Shown: one piece after another, positions 24,940 through 33,575 of the stretch
Numbering within the stretch: the stretch's first letter is position 1
How the letters are laid out: each line of letters opens with the position of its first letter
Source: Eubacteriales bacterium
GTDB taxonomy: Bacteria; Bacillota; Clostridia; Oscillospirales; CAG-272
DNA: 64,000 nt
NCBI GenBank assembly: GCA_045603085.1
Contig: JAZULL010000100.1
Location: 1,808-65,807, forward strand
Direction: 5' to 3'
Notes under the pieces: model-generated
What the model was told of the DNA's origin: nothing
What the model saw: only the letters and a program-made list of their open reading frames with translations
The model's database searches: none
Translations under genes and position numbers: made by a program

Positions 24940-25983
24940 TTATTGATCGTAATATGCAGATTCAATATCATAATCCTCAACGCGGAGGTCGCCGGGATCA
25001 AACCACAGTTCAATACCGCCACCTTCGGGGTACCAACCCTCACCGCTTGTAAGCGATCCGGGAACCTTGGGAGTGCCCCAAGCACCCAAAACGTTGCCTT
25101 CCTGTTCCTGACGGTCAATGTAACAGACCAGCATGACAACCTTGAGGTTATCCGAATCAATTCCAAGGCCGTCCAAGCTATTGACTCCCAGCTTGGCAAG
25201 TGCATCACCCGCCAAGGTTTCCCACGGAATGGCAAGCTCGGCGATCCAGCCCGTGCCGTCTTGCTTGACTTTGGTCACGCCCTTCAGGCCGCCCTCCTTG
25301 GAGGATAATACATAATCGACAGTTGACGCGGCATCGTCTTTGATGCACTGCGCGGTCAGATTCACAGAGCCGTCCTCTTGCACTCCAAAGGAATAGAATA
25401 CAGCGCGCTCATACTCACCGCTTTGGCCGAAAACTCCGCCAAGATCCAGCTGAATCTGGAAGGCGTCACCGTTGTACGTATCGGTTGCGCTGTACGCGGG
25501 GGTTATGTCGCGCACGTCAAAGGCAATATACATATACTGAGTGTCACAGCTGACGTACATGGTAAAGCCGTCGCTCTCACCGATCTCACCCATCCAAGGG
25601 TCAAGATTGCTCGCATCAAAGTCTTGTTTCCAGCAATCGATCCATGACCACTCACTCAGGTCACCGTCCAAGACAAGCTGGGGGGCAGGTTCAATGCAAT
25701 CGGGCGGGTAGGTGTCGGTTTCACAGCCGACCGTGTCGTCAACGGGATAATCAACGGGCGGCTCGGTCGCGATCTCTGTCCAGGTTTCGATGTCGATCGC
25801 AACGTCGGTCTGCACGTCCGGATAGGGCTCGACGGGGGGAACCAAGATCACGTCGTCACCATGATCAACGTCCACACCGTAATTTCCAAAAATCTCCGCA
25901 ATCAACCCGTTGCCCATATCACAGCCCGCAAAGCAGGTTGCGCACAGCGCAAGAAATATTCCAAATGCAACTATTTTTTTCAT
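24940..25983 (-). CDS. lipoprotein paralog P1 with a CBM9/DOMON-like beta-sandwich region
   Basis: Signal peptide plus lipobox FAGC. Mature N-terminus CDMGNGLIAEIFG. DGDLSEWS...YMYIAFDVRD...GDAFQIQLDLGG resembles family-9-like carbohydrate-binding domains. GGAG RBS. Confidence 0.8.
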   Translation of the reverse strand: MKKIVAFGIFLALCATCFAGCDMGNGLIAEIFGNYGVDVDHGDDVILVPPVEPYPDVQTDVAIDIETWTEIATEPPVDYPVDDTVGCETDTYPPDCIEPAPQLVLDGDLSEWSWIDCWKQDFDASNLDPWMGEIGESDGFTMYVSCDTQYMYIAFDVRDITPAYSATDTYNGDAFQIQLDLGGVFGQSGEYERAVFYSFGVQEDGSVNLTAQCIKDDAASTVDYVLSSKEGGLKGVTKVKQDGTGWIAELAIPWETLAGDALAKLGVNSLDGLGIDSDNLKVVMLVCYIDRQEQEGNVLGAWGTPKVPGSLTSGEGWYPEGGGIELWFDPGDLRVEDYDIESAYYDQ

Positions 25984-26007
25984 GCAAAGCTCCTTTCTTT
26001 CCGGGGG

Positions 26008-26763
26008 TTATCCCTCGGTGGTCTCTTCAACAGCAGGTGCATCGGTCATATCCTCGACGGGCAGAGTTTCGGGCGGCATGGGATAGATATCGTCAATGTC
26101 ACCCTCCGTCAGATCCCCCTCAACCGCCTCCAGATTCACGGTCAGCGACTGCATCATGACCCAGCCGTCAAGCTGTACCTCTGTCGCATTGACGTACAGA
26201 TAGACCTCGTTATAGCCAACGCTCAGAGAATCCAACGGAATTTCAAGGAAAAAGCTGTGCAGGTAGTCGCCTTGGATCGGGTCATGGCCCCCGGGAAGAT
26301 CTGACCATGAAAAATCATACTTGCCGCACGCGCTGTCCGGAATGTTACATTCATAGCTGATGGCCTCGGAGTAGTAATACGCCGCATAGGCCTTGATGAC
26401 CAGCGTAGCACCGGGTGCATAAGGCACCGACAACGATCCGTTCCAATCAAGCAGATCCTCATAGCTCATCAGCTCTCTGACACTGCCGTCTGCGTACGCC
26501 ACGTAGGCAGTCAGATATTCCATCTCGGAAAGCTTGGGGATCACATATTCGATATCGGTCCATATTTCGGTCCACGTTTCGGGTATGGTTTCAACAGGCA
26601 TGGGTGCGGGCTCGATCGGATCGACCAACACGTCTCCACCGGGCACGTAGTTCCCTACGTTGTCTCCAAAGATCTCTGCGATCAGGCCATTGCCCATATC
26701 ACAGCTGCATAGAAAGGTCAGACACAAAGCTGTCAGAATACATACTGCAATAATTCTTTTCAT
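26008..26763 (-). CDS. lipoprotein paralog P2
   Basis: Lipobox LCSC. Mature N-terminus CDMGNGLIAEIFG. C-terminal module ...IPLDSLSVGYNEVYLYVNATEVQLDGWVM. AGGAG RBS. Confidence 0.8.
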   Translation of the reverse strand: MKRIIAVCILTALCLTFLCSCDMGNGLIAEIFGDNVGNYVPGGDVLVDPIEPAPMPVETIPETWTEIWTDIEYVIPKLSEMEYLTAYVAYADGSVRELMSYEDLLDWNGSLSVPYAPGATLVIKAYAAYYYSEAISYECNIPDSACGKYDFSWSDLPGGHDPIQGDYLHSFFLEIPLDSLSVGYNEVYLYVNATEVQLDGWVMMQSLTVNLEAVEGDLTEGDIDDIYPMPPETLPVEDMTDAPAVEETTEG

Positions 26764-26789
26764 ATAAGTGCTCCTTTTCTGATCGTATT

Positions 26790-27527
26790 TTATCTGATTC
26801 CCTCGGCCTTGATAACCTCCAGCTCGCAGAAGCGGTAGGTAAATCCTGTTTGCTCATTGTGCGCCCAGAGATAGATGTGCTGTGCACCAAGCTCCAGCTC
26901 TTCGGCAGGAATCGAAACGTAGAACGCGGCCGCATACGTACCGCCCACCTGCTCTACCCGTTCTGTAATCCCGGGTGTTGCCTCGGCGGAGAAAGACTCA
27001 CTGTAAACCGGCTCGGAATCCTTATCAAAGGAATAGCCGAACTGCATGTCGTCCACGCCTACCATCGCGATCCATCCGCCGTAGGAGATGGAAAGATCAC
27101 CCTCCAGCACAACGCCGGCCCGATCGGGCTCGTCGCGGGTATCATCATAATAATAATTTTCGGTCATTCCTTCGCCACCGTCTAAAAATTGTACGTCAAT
27201 ACAGTTGATCACGACGTATACAGCCATAGGCTCTTGTACGGGTGGCAGGGTGCAACAATCGTCTTCCCACGTTGTCTCATCACCCTCGGTCCAAATTTCG
27301 GTTTCGGTCGCGATTTCGGTCTCGGGATAGTAGTACCCGCCATGGTGATCGGGATCGGTGCACTCGCAGATAAAACGGTCGGTATCTGTGGTGGGCATCT
27401 CGATCACGGCATCAACTTCCTTGTATTGCTCTCCGAAAAGCTCTGCGATCAGTCCTCCGCTCAAATCACAGGAGGCCAGCATGACACACAGCAGTACGAC
27501 TGCAAGAAAACCGGCTAATTTCTTCAT
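26790..27527 (-). CDS. lipoprotein paralog P3
   Basis: AGGAGG precedes ATG 27527. Lipobox LASC. Mature N-terminus CDLSGGLIAELFG. Contains the CECTDPDHHGGY motif. Confidence 0.8.
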   Translation of the reverse strand: MKKLAGFLAVVLLCVMLASCDLSGGLIAELFGEQYKEVDAVIEMPTTDTDRFICECTDPDHHGGYYYPETEIATETEIWTEGDETTWEDDCCTLPPVQEPMAVYVVINCIDVQFLDGGEGMTENYYYDDTRDEPDRAGVVLEGDLSISYGGWIAMVGVDDMQFGYSFDKDSEPVYSESFSAEATPGITERVEQVGGTYAAAFYVSIPAEELELGAQHIYLWAHNEQTGFTYRFCELEVIKAEGIR

Positions 27528-27540
27528 AAGCTCCTCCTTT

Positions 27541-28128
27541 TTAAGATTCTTGGGTTGTACTCGGATCGGCACTCATCTCGATCTGAATACGGTCAAACAT
27601 GACCCAGCCGTCCAACGCGTGGCCTACGGCGTCCGCATGCAGAGCGATCTCGTTCTCGCCGATCATCAGCACGTCGGTCGGCACGGTCAGGTCAAAGCGG
27701 ACGATAAAGTCCGCCTCCACGTCGTCGGACACCTCTCCGTCATCCTTGTTGATTCTGCGGGAGGTGACGTTATCATAGTCAACCTGTCCGTCGGGGGTTC
27801 TGTAGTAAAAATTCACGCTGTCCGATTCATTGAAAAACGCGTATCCGACAATGTGAAGTGAGCTGACGGCATCCGTACAGGTAAGGTACAAGTCCCATGG
27901 CTGTGTCGGCTCCTCTGTGACAAGCATTTCGGTCTGTCCGTCCTTGTAGGTCACCTCGACGTACACGTAGGTGGACGCCACCAGCTTGGGCACCGGCAGA
28001 TTGGGATCTGCCGTCAGGTGCACCGTGGAATCCTGCTCCTCACCCGTTTGGGGCGCAAGTGCTTGGCATCCGGTCAACAAAAGTGCGCAGATAACGGACA
28101 AAAGCAACATATAGCGCGGTTTTTTCAT
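27541..28128 (-). CDS. lipoprotein paralog P4 (lacks the GLIAEIFG motif)
   Basis: AAGGAG precedes ATG 28128. Lipobox LTGC. C-terminal module ...VPTDVLMIGENEIALHADAVGHALDGWVM is shared with P2. Confidence 0.75.
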   Translation of the reverse strand: MKKPRYMLLLSVICALLLTGCQALAPQTGEEQDSTVHLTADPNLPVPKLVASTYVYVEVTYKDGQTEMLVTEEPTQPWDLYLTCTDAVSSLHIVGYAFFNESDSVNFYYRTPDGQVDYDNVTSRRINKDDGEVSDDVEADFIVRFDLTVPTDVLMIGENEIALHADAVGHALDGWVMFDRIQIEMSADPSTTQES

Positions 28129-28162
28129 GGCGTTTATCTCCTTAGCCATGGGATTACTTTGT

Positions 28163-29104
28163 TTAATTGGGGGAAACGGCGATCATCTCATAGGGGTACA
28201 GGATCAACACCAAGGACGGATCAATACTGTACGACTTGATCTCGTTTCCGTTTTTATCCATATCTACGTAAGTAATGTCGATCACGGCGTAGAGCTTTTC
28301 TTTTGACAAGTCAAGCTCGGCAAGCGTAGCGCCCACGTTTCGCTCCAGATCCGCGATCAACAGATCCCATTTCAATCCAAACTCTGCTGTCCAGCCGATC
28401 TGCACGATCTTCGCGCCCTCGATCTGGGTCTTCACGCGCACACCGCCAATGACCGCTTTTTGATTTTCCGAGCCGTCACGGGATGTATAGAATTTTTCCC
28501 CGTCGTCGTGCATATCGCCCGGCGCACGTACCGCCACGTCAAAGCAACCGGTTTCGCATTTCCCAAACGTGTACGACACCGGCTTCAAGGCCTCCGAGCC
28601 GGATTGACACAGCTCTCCCAGATCCAGCGTGATCACAAAATGATCTCCGTCATACGATCCTATTTCAGAATTTGCAACGGTACGGTCAGAAACGTCAAAT
28701 CCAAAATAAAGGTATTCACTATCCGTTACCGTATACACGGTAAAGCCATCCTCATCGGTCAGCTCTCCTTCGGTTGCCAGCAAATCATCCTTTGCAAACG
28801 TGCGAGAAAATGCATTCTCCACGTCATTCCAATCCGTCAGATCCTCTCCATTCGGCGTAAGCTGTTGGATATGGACATCGGGCAATGCAGGGGTGGTCAC
28901 GGGATAGCCTTCATGGTGATAGGGGTCGGTGCATTCGCACTTGGTGTTCCAACCACCGTCGGTCGTGTAAATCTCGCCGACCTGGGGATCGATCTCCAGG
29001 CTTTGGCCAAACATCTCACCAATCAGTCCTCTTGAAAAGTCACAGGAGGTCAAAACGGTCAGGCAAAGTACGGTGGATGCGAAAATACACAATGCTCTTT
29101 TCAT
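28163..29104 (-). CDS. lipoprotein paralog P5 with a CBM9/DOMON-like region
   Basis: AGGAGG RBS. Lipobox LTSC. Mature N-terminus CDFSRGLIGEMFG. Contains the CECTDPYHHEGY motif, and LTDW...YLYFGFDVSD...GDHFVITLDLGE parallels P1. Confidence 0.8.
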   Translation of the reverse strand: MKRALCIFASTVLCLTVLTSCDFSRGLIGEMFGQSLEIDPQVGEIYTTDGGWNTKCECTDPYHHEGYPVTTPALPDVHIQQLTPNGEDLTDWNDVENAFSRTFAKDDLLATEGELTDEDGFTVYTVTDSEYLYFGFDVSDRTVANSEIGSYDGDHFVITLDLGELCQSGSEALKPVSYTFGKCETGCFDVAVRAPGDMHDDGEKFYTSRDGSENQKAVIGGVRVKTQIEGAKIVQIGWTAEFGLKWDLLIADLERNVGATLAELDLSKEKLYAVIDITYVDMDKNGNEIKSYSIDPSLVLILYPYEMIAVSPN

Positions 29105-29137
29105 GAGAATGCCTCCTTACAGAATATTTTTTGTTTT

Positions 29138-29851
29138 TTAGATCTTAGCCTTTTTGATTCTTCTCTTCATCTTGGTCAGATCGCGCAGCATCTTGAGTGT
29201 GTCGCGCACTAAGTTGACCGAGGATTCGCGGTGGTTGATGATCTTGACGGGAATTTCATGAATGGTCATGCCGTACTTGACCGCCCACAGAATGGCTTCA
29301 AAGTCAAATGCGAAGCGATCCACCTCGCATCTGGGGAAGATCTTCTTGACGGCATCCTGCGTGAACGCCTTGCATCCGCACTGGGAATCCGACAGCTTAA
29401 AGCCACCCGCAATACACAGCACCTTGATATAGGTCTTGCTGGCCAGCTTACGGATAAAGGTGTAGCCCTCGTAGCCGTCCTTGGAGAGATTGCGCGAGCC
29501 GATCACCATATCGGCCTCGGGGTGCTCCAGGAATGCATCTCTGACGCGCGCGATAACGTCTGTGCCGTAAGCCAGATCGGCATCGGTGAACATGACGTAA
29601 TCGCCCTTGGCGGCCAGCATGGCGGTGCGGACAGCATAGCCCTTGCCGCGGTTCTGCTCATAGCCAACCACACGAACCGAGGGCAGGTGCAGCTGCTCTA
29701 CCAGCTTATCACAGCCGTCCTTGGAGCCGTCGTTGGCAAAAATGATCTCATAATCCTCAAAATTGGCCTGCATGTATGCGGACAGCTGTCTTGCGGTGTC
29801 CTCAATGATGCTCGACTCATTATACATGGGAATGCAAAGTGAAAATTTCAT
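29138..29851 (-). CDS. family-2 glycosyltransferase (polyprenyl-phosphate sugar synthase-like, soluble form)
   Basis: 237 aa. SLCIPMYNE, FANDGSKDG and FTDADL (DxD) motifs. Confidence 0.8.
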   Translation of the reverse strand: MKFSLCIPMYNESSIIEDTARQLSAYMQANFEDYEIIFANDGSKDGCDKLVEQLHLPSVRVVGYEQNRGKGYAVRTAMLAAKGDYVMFTDADLAYGTDVIARVRDAFLEHPEADMVIGSRNLSKDGYEGYTFIRKLASKTYIKVLCIAGGFKLSDSQCGCKAFTQDAVKKIFPRCEVDRFAFDFEAILWAVKYGMTIHEIPVKIINHRESSVNLVRDTLKMLRDLTKMKRRIKKAKI

Positions 29852-29877
29852 GACGTTAATATCCTTTTTATTTTTCT

Positions 29878-30699
29878 TTATTTTCTGTATACGTAAAGCA
29901 GCATATCTACTTGGGTCGTCAAGCTTTCAAGACCGTCCAGCTTGGCGCGGTCAAGGGCGGCGGTACGCCAGTAATAGGGGGTCATGGAAAACAGCGCCTG
30001 AATGTCGTTCTGCCCCTTGACCGTGATCTCAAAGGTGATGCGGCAGGTCTCGACGTGCACAAGGTCTGTGGGCAGGTCGGCACGCTCGGCGTTCTCGTAT
30101 GTGTTCTGATACATCGCCTGCTTGAGCCCCATCAGGTGTCGCTGTCCCGCTCCCAGAAGGAAGAGGTAGCCGCCGTCGGTCAGCACACGCTCATATTCCT
30201 GCTCGGCACACGGTGCGAAGATATTGAGCACACCCTGCACGCTCGCATCTGCCACCGGCATGGCGTACACCGAGGCTACGGCATAAGCGGCGGCGTCCAG
30301 CCCCAGCCTTGCGGCATCCTTTGCGGCGCGCGCACAGCCGAATTTGGAGAGGTCAAAGCCGATCATGCGATATCCCTTGGCCGCTATGCGGTTGGAATAC
30401 CAGCCCTGTCCGCAGCCCGCGTCGATCAGCGTCGCGCCTGCGGGCAGATATTTCTGCACCGTCTGTTCCAGCGCCTGGGCGGCGGGCGCGTAATAGTCCT
30501 TTTCCAGAAAGCTTGTCCGCGCGGCTATCGCCTGCTTGGAGTCGCCTCCGGGGGCATGTCCTGCGGCGAGGTTAACGTAGCCTTCCTTGGCCAAGTCAAA
30601 GCTGTGCTTGCCGCCAAGGCAAAGCAGTCGGTTGCCGTCCACGGCAAGGCCGTTCTTGCAAACGGGACACACCAATTTATCGGTCAGTTTGTGTATCAT
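29878..30699 (-). CDS. RlmA-like 23S rRNA (guanine-N1)-methyltransferase
   Basis: N-terminal Zn ribbon CPVC...C..GKHSFDLAKEGYVNL followed by the SAM motif LIDAGCGQGWY. Confidence 0.7.
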   Translation of the reverse strand: MIHKLTDKLVCPVCKNGLAVDGNRLLCLGGKHSFDLAKEGYVNLAAGHAPGGDSKQAIAARTSFLEKDYYAPAAQALEQTVQKYLPAGATLIDAGCGQGWYSNRIAAKGYRMIGFDLSKFGCARAAKDAARLGLDAAAYAVASVYAMPVADASVQGVLNIFAPCAEQEYERVLTDGGYLFLLGAGQRHLMGLKQAMYQNTYENAERADLPTDLVHVETCRITFEITVKGQNDIQALFSMTPYYWRTAALDRAKLDGLESLTTQVDMLLYVYRK

Positions 30700-30701
30700 G
30701 T

Positions 30702-31301
30702 TCAGTCCTTATCTTCTCTGCCCACAAGGGTGAGATATTCCTCATAGGTCATCAGCATGCGAAGCGCGTCCAACAGCGCGTTGGCACTCATACCCGCGGG
30801 CAATCCGCAGGCGAGTGCGATCTCATCGCGGCGGGCACGGCTGTTGTCACCACCCGACAAGCCGTCGCGGTAAAAATCAGTCTTGGAGAGCGGATTTTGG
30901 CGGTAACGCGCGTCCGCATCATTTGTCGCGTAAGGGGCAAACAGCCCACGCAGCAGGTCGGCATCCATGCCCTCCACGCCAAGCAGCCCCTGCGCACCCG
31001 GCGCGGTCTTGCGGCGTTCCTTGCCCTTGATCTGGGGCACGTACAGCTGGATCAGCCGATCCTTGGGGATCATGCCCGTGATATGCGAGCGAATGACCTT
31101 GCCGCCGCCGTCGCTGTCGGTCAGCAGAATGATCATGCTCCTCTCGGCAAGCTTGCGGAGCAGCTTTGCCAGATCCTGATTTTTAAATATACCAAACCCC
31201 TCGGTGGAAATGATCTGCGCCTTTATGATCGAGTCCAGCTTGATCTTATCATATTTCCCTTCCACAATGACGGGGTACGGAATGACAAGCTTATCTGCCA
31301 T
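30702..31301 (-). CDS. Toprim-domain protein (DUF4093 / RNase M5-like)
   Basis: VIVEGKYDKIKL and LTDSDGGG motifs. AAGGAG lies 5 nt before ATG 31301. The ORF-track GTG start at 31307 lies inside the RBS. Confidence 0.7.
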   Translation of the reverse strand: MADKLVIPYPVIVEGKYDKIKLDSIIKAQIISTEGFGIFKNQDLAKLLRKLAERSMIILLTDSDGGGKVIRSHITGMIPKDRLIQLYVPQIKGKERRKTAPGAQGLLGVEGMDADLLRGLFAPYATNDADARYRQNPLSKTDFYRDGLSGGDNSRARRDEIALACGLPAGMSANALLDALRMLMTYEEYLTLVGREDKD

Positions 31302-31310
31302 AAGCACTCC

Positions 31311-32189
31311 TTAAAACAAATAGTAGCACAGCACCGCAAGTCCAAGTATGATACGGTACACGCCAAACGGCGCAAAGCCGTGCCGTGCGGAAAAATCCAT
31401 TAAAAATCTGATTGCAAGGCGGGAGGTCACGTACGCGACTGTGCCTGCGACCATCAAAGCCACCGCAGCCTCGTATGGCATGCGCAGGCCGTTTTGCAGC
31501 ATAAACCCGGCAAAGCCCAACGTTTTGATACCGCATGCACCCGCCATAATGGGGATGGCCATGAAAAAGGAAAACTCTGCGGCGTCCGCGCGGTCAAGTC
31601 CCAGCAGCATACCGCCAAGTATGGTGGAGCCGGAGCGCGACGTACCCGGCACCAGCGAAAGCATCTGAAATGCGCCTATACCAATTGCCTTGCCAAAGGA
31701 CATCTGCCCGATATCGGTGCGCGCAGTCACCTTTCCCTTGCGGACGCGCTCGATCACAATGAACAGCACGCCGTACAGAATCAGTGCAAGTGACACAACA
31801 AGGCCATTATACAGCAATCCGTCCATATCCTTGCCGGTCAGCCGCTCAAGGATCGGGTCTGCCAGCACACCCGCAAGACCTGCGGGAATACAGCCAACCA
31901 CCACCCGCGCCCAAAGCGCAAGCGTTTTCTTTGCCGATTCCCTATCCCCGATTTTGGGAAACAGGCGGCTATGATAGGTACTCACCACCGCTAAAGCCGC
32001 GCCCAGCTGGATGGCCACCAAAAACAGCTCCCTGAATTCGGATGCGAACTGCACGTGCACGTCCGCGCCCACGTTCAGCGTCAGAAATTGCTCCAGCAGG
32101 ATCAGATGTCCCGTTGAGCTGACGGGTAGCCATTCGGTCAAGCCCTCAAGTATGCCGTAGATCAGCGATTTCAGCAGTAAAATTCCCAC
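31311..32189 (-). CDS. uppP: undecaprenyl-diphosphate phosphatase
   Basis: 292 aa, polytopic. EWLPVSSTGHL and PGTSRSGSTI motifs. Confidence 0.9.
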   Translation of the reverse strand: MGILLLKSLIYGILEGLTEWLPVSSTGHLILLEQFLTLNVGADVHVQFASEFRELFLVAIQLGAALAVVSTYHSRLFPKIGDRESAKKTLALWARVVVGCIPAGLAGVLADPILERLTGKDMDGLLYNGLVVSLALILYGVLFIVIERVRKGKVTARTDIGQMSFGKAIGIGAFQMLSLVPGTSRSGSTILGGMLLGLDRADAAEFSFFMAIPIMAGACGIKTLGFAGFMLQNGLRMPYEAAVALMVAGTVAYVTSRLAIRFLMDFSARHGFAPFGVYRIILGLAVLCYYLF

Positions 32190-32197
32190 AAAGCTCC

Positions 32198-33499
32198 TCA
32201 GAGTGAATCGGGTCTGCGCTTGTCAAAGCCCTTGGGGCTTCCCGCGCGCATGATGTCACCCTCGCGTATTTCAAAGGGTACGCGGCACCAGAAAATCATG
32301 GAAGGGTGCGGTGCCGAGGGCACGGGCGTACCGTCGGCGGCGTAAAGCTCGCAAACCTCAAAGCCCTTGCCGATCTTGCCGGGAGAGATGACCTCTGCCC
32401 TCTCGCCCACGCTGACCTTGTTTCTCTGCACAAAGCGGTACAGCCTGCCCTGCTCTGTCTGCATGGCTACGCCCGCCGCTTCAAGCGCACTTGCTTCTTC
32501 TTGATTATATTCCGTTGCGGTTGCGAAATATGCTTTCTCACGCATATATCCGCATTCCCCCAGCAGCTGGGGATTGTTCATGGGATCGTCTAAGTAAAAT
32601 CCCGTGCCGTAGGTGCGGTGCGAGACGCTCTCCAGCTCCGAGAGCCAATCGGGATCGAACTCGTAATGCTCGGGGTCTGCCGCGTAAGCATCCATGGCCA
32701 TGCGGTAAACGTTGGTGACCACGGCGGTATAATACGCGCTCTTCATTCTTCCCTCGATCTTGAAGGAATCAATGCCGCTCTGCATCAGGAGCGGTATGCA
32801 ATCGATGGTGCACATATCCTTGGAGGACATGATAAACGTGCCGTACTCGTTCTGCTCGATCGGAATGGGCATTTCGGGACGCTTCTCCTCCACCAGCACG
32901 TAGTTCCATCTGCAGGGCTGTGAGCAGGTGCCGCGATTGCCGTCGCGCCCGTTGAGCGCGTTGGCCAGCAGACATCTGCCGCTGTACGACACGCACATCG
33001 AGCCGTGCACAAATGCCTCCAGCTCTACGTCGTCTGGCAGAGCCTCTCTGATGGCCCTGATCTCCGAAAAGCTCAGCTCGCGCGCCAGCACCAGTCTCTT
33101 GGCGCCCAACGCCGCCCATGCGCAAGCCGCGGCGGGGCTGATGATGCTCGCCTGGGTGGAGACGTGGATCTCCATATCGGGCAGCATTTCCTTGACGGTT
33201 GCCAGCACACCCATATCGGCCACGATCATGGCGTCGATGCCATAGTCCCTGATCTCGGAAAAGAACTTGCGAAGCAAGGGGTATTCTGCCGTGCGCGGCA
33301 TTGTGTTGACGGTCAGATACAGCTTTTTGCCGCGAGCGTGGGTGTACTCCACAGCCTCTTTGAGTTCCTCGTTTGTAAAGTTATCTGCCGCAGAACGCAT
33401 ACCAAACATCTGTCCTGCGCAGTATACGGCGTCCGCGCCGTACAGCAGCGCCGCCTTGAGTTTTTCAAAATTCCCCGCCGGGGATAACAGTTCAGGCAT
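32198..33499 (-). CDS. U32-family peptidase-like protein
   Basis: MPELLSPAGN start and the signature EAFVHGSMCVSYSGRCLL. GGAGA precedes ATG 33499. Confidence 0.85.
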   Translation of the reverse strand: MPELLSPAGNFEKLKAALLYGADAVYCAGQMFGMRSAADNFTNEELKEAVEYTHARGKKLYLTVNTMPRTAEYPLLRKFFSEIRDYGIDAMIVADMGVLATVKEMLPDMEIHVSTQASIISPAAACAWAALGAKRLVLARELSFSEIRAIREALPDDVELEAFVHGSMCVSYSGRCLLANALNGRDGNRGTCSQPCRWNYVLVEEKRPEMPIPIEQNEYGTFIMSSKDMCTIDCIPLLMQSGIDSFKIEGRMKSAYYTAVVTNVYRMAMDAYAADPEHYEFDPDWLSELESVSHRTYGTGFYLDDPMNNPQLLGECGYMREKAYFATATEYNQEEASALEAAGVAMQTEQGRLYRFVQRNKVSVGERAEVISPGKIGKGFEVCELYAADGTPVPSAPHPSMIFWCRVPFEIREGDIMRAGSPKGFDKRRPDSL

Positions 33500-33575
33500 A
33501 TTCATCTCCATATACGGGAATTTTGCATCTATCTATATAGACGCCAAATACATGCAAAAAGTTCCCTTGATTTGA

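Noticed and set aside
24940-29104. Interpretation of the lipoprotein array as a polysaccharide-utilisation or cellulosome-type locus.
   Set aside because: No glycoside hydrolase, dockerin, cohesin, SLH, SusC/D-like or sugar ABC transporter genes are adjacent. Only CBM9/DOMON-like similarity is present in two of the five genes.
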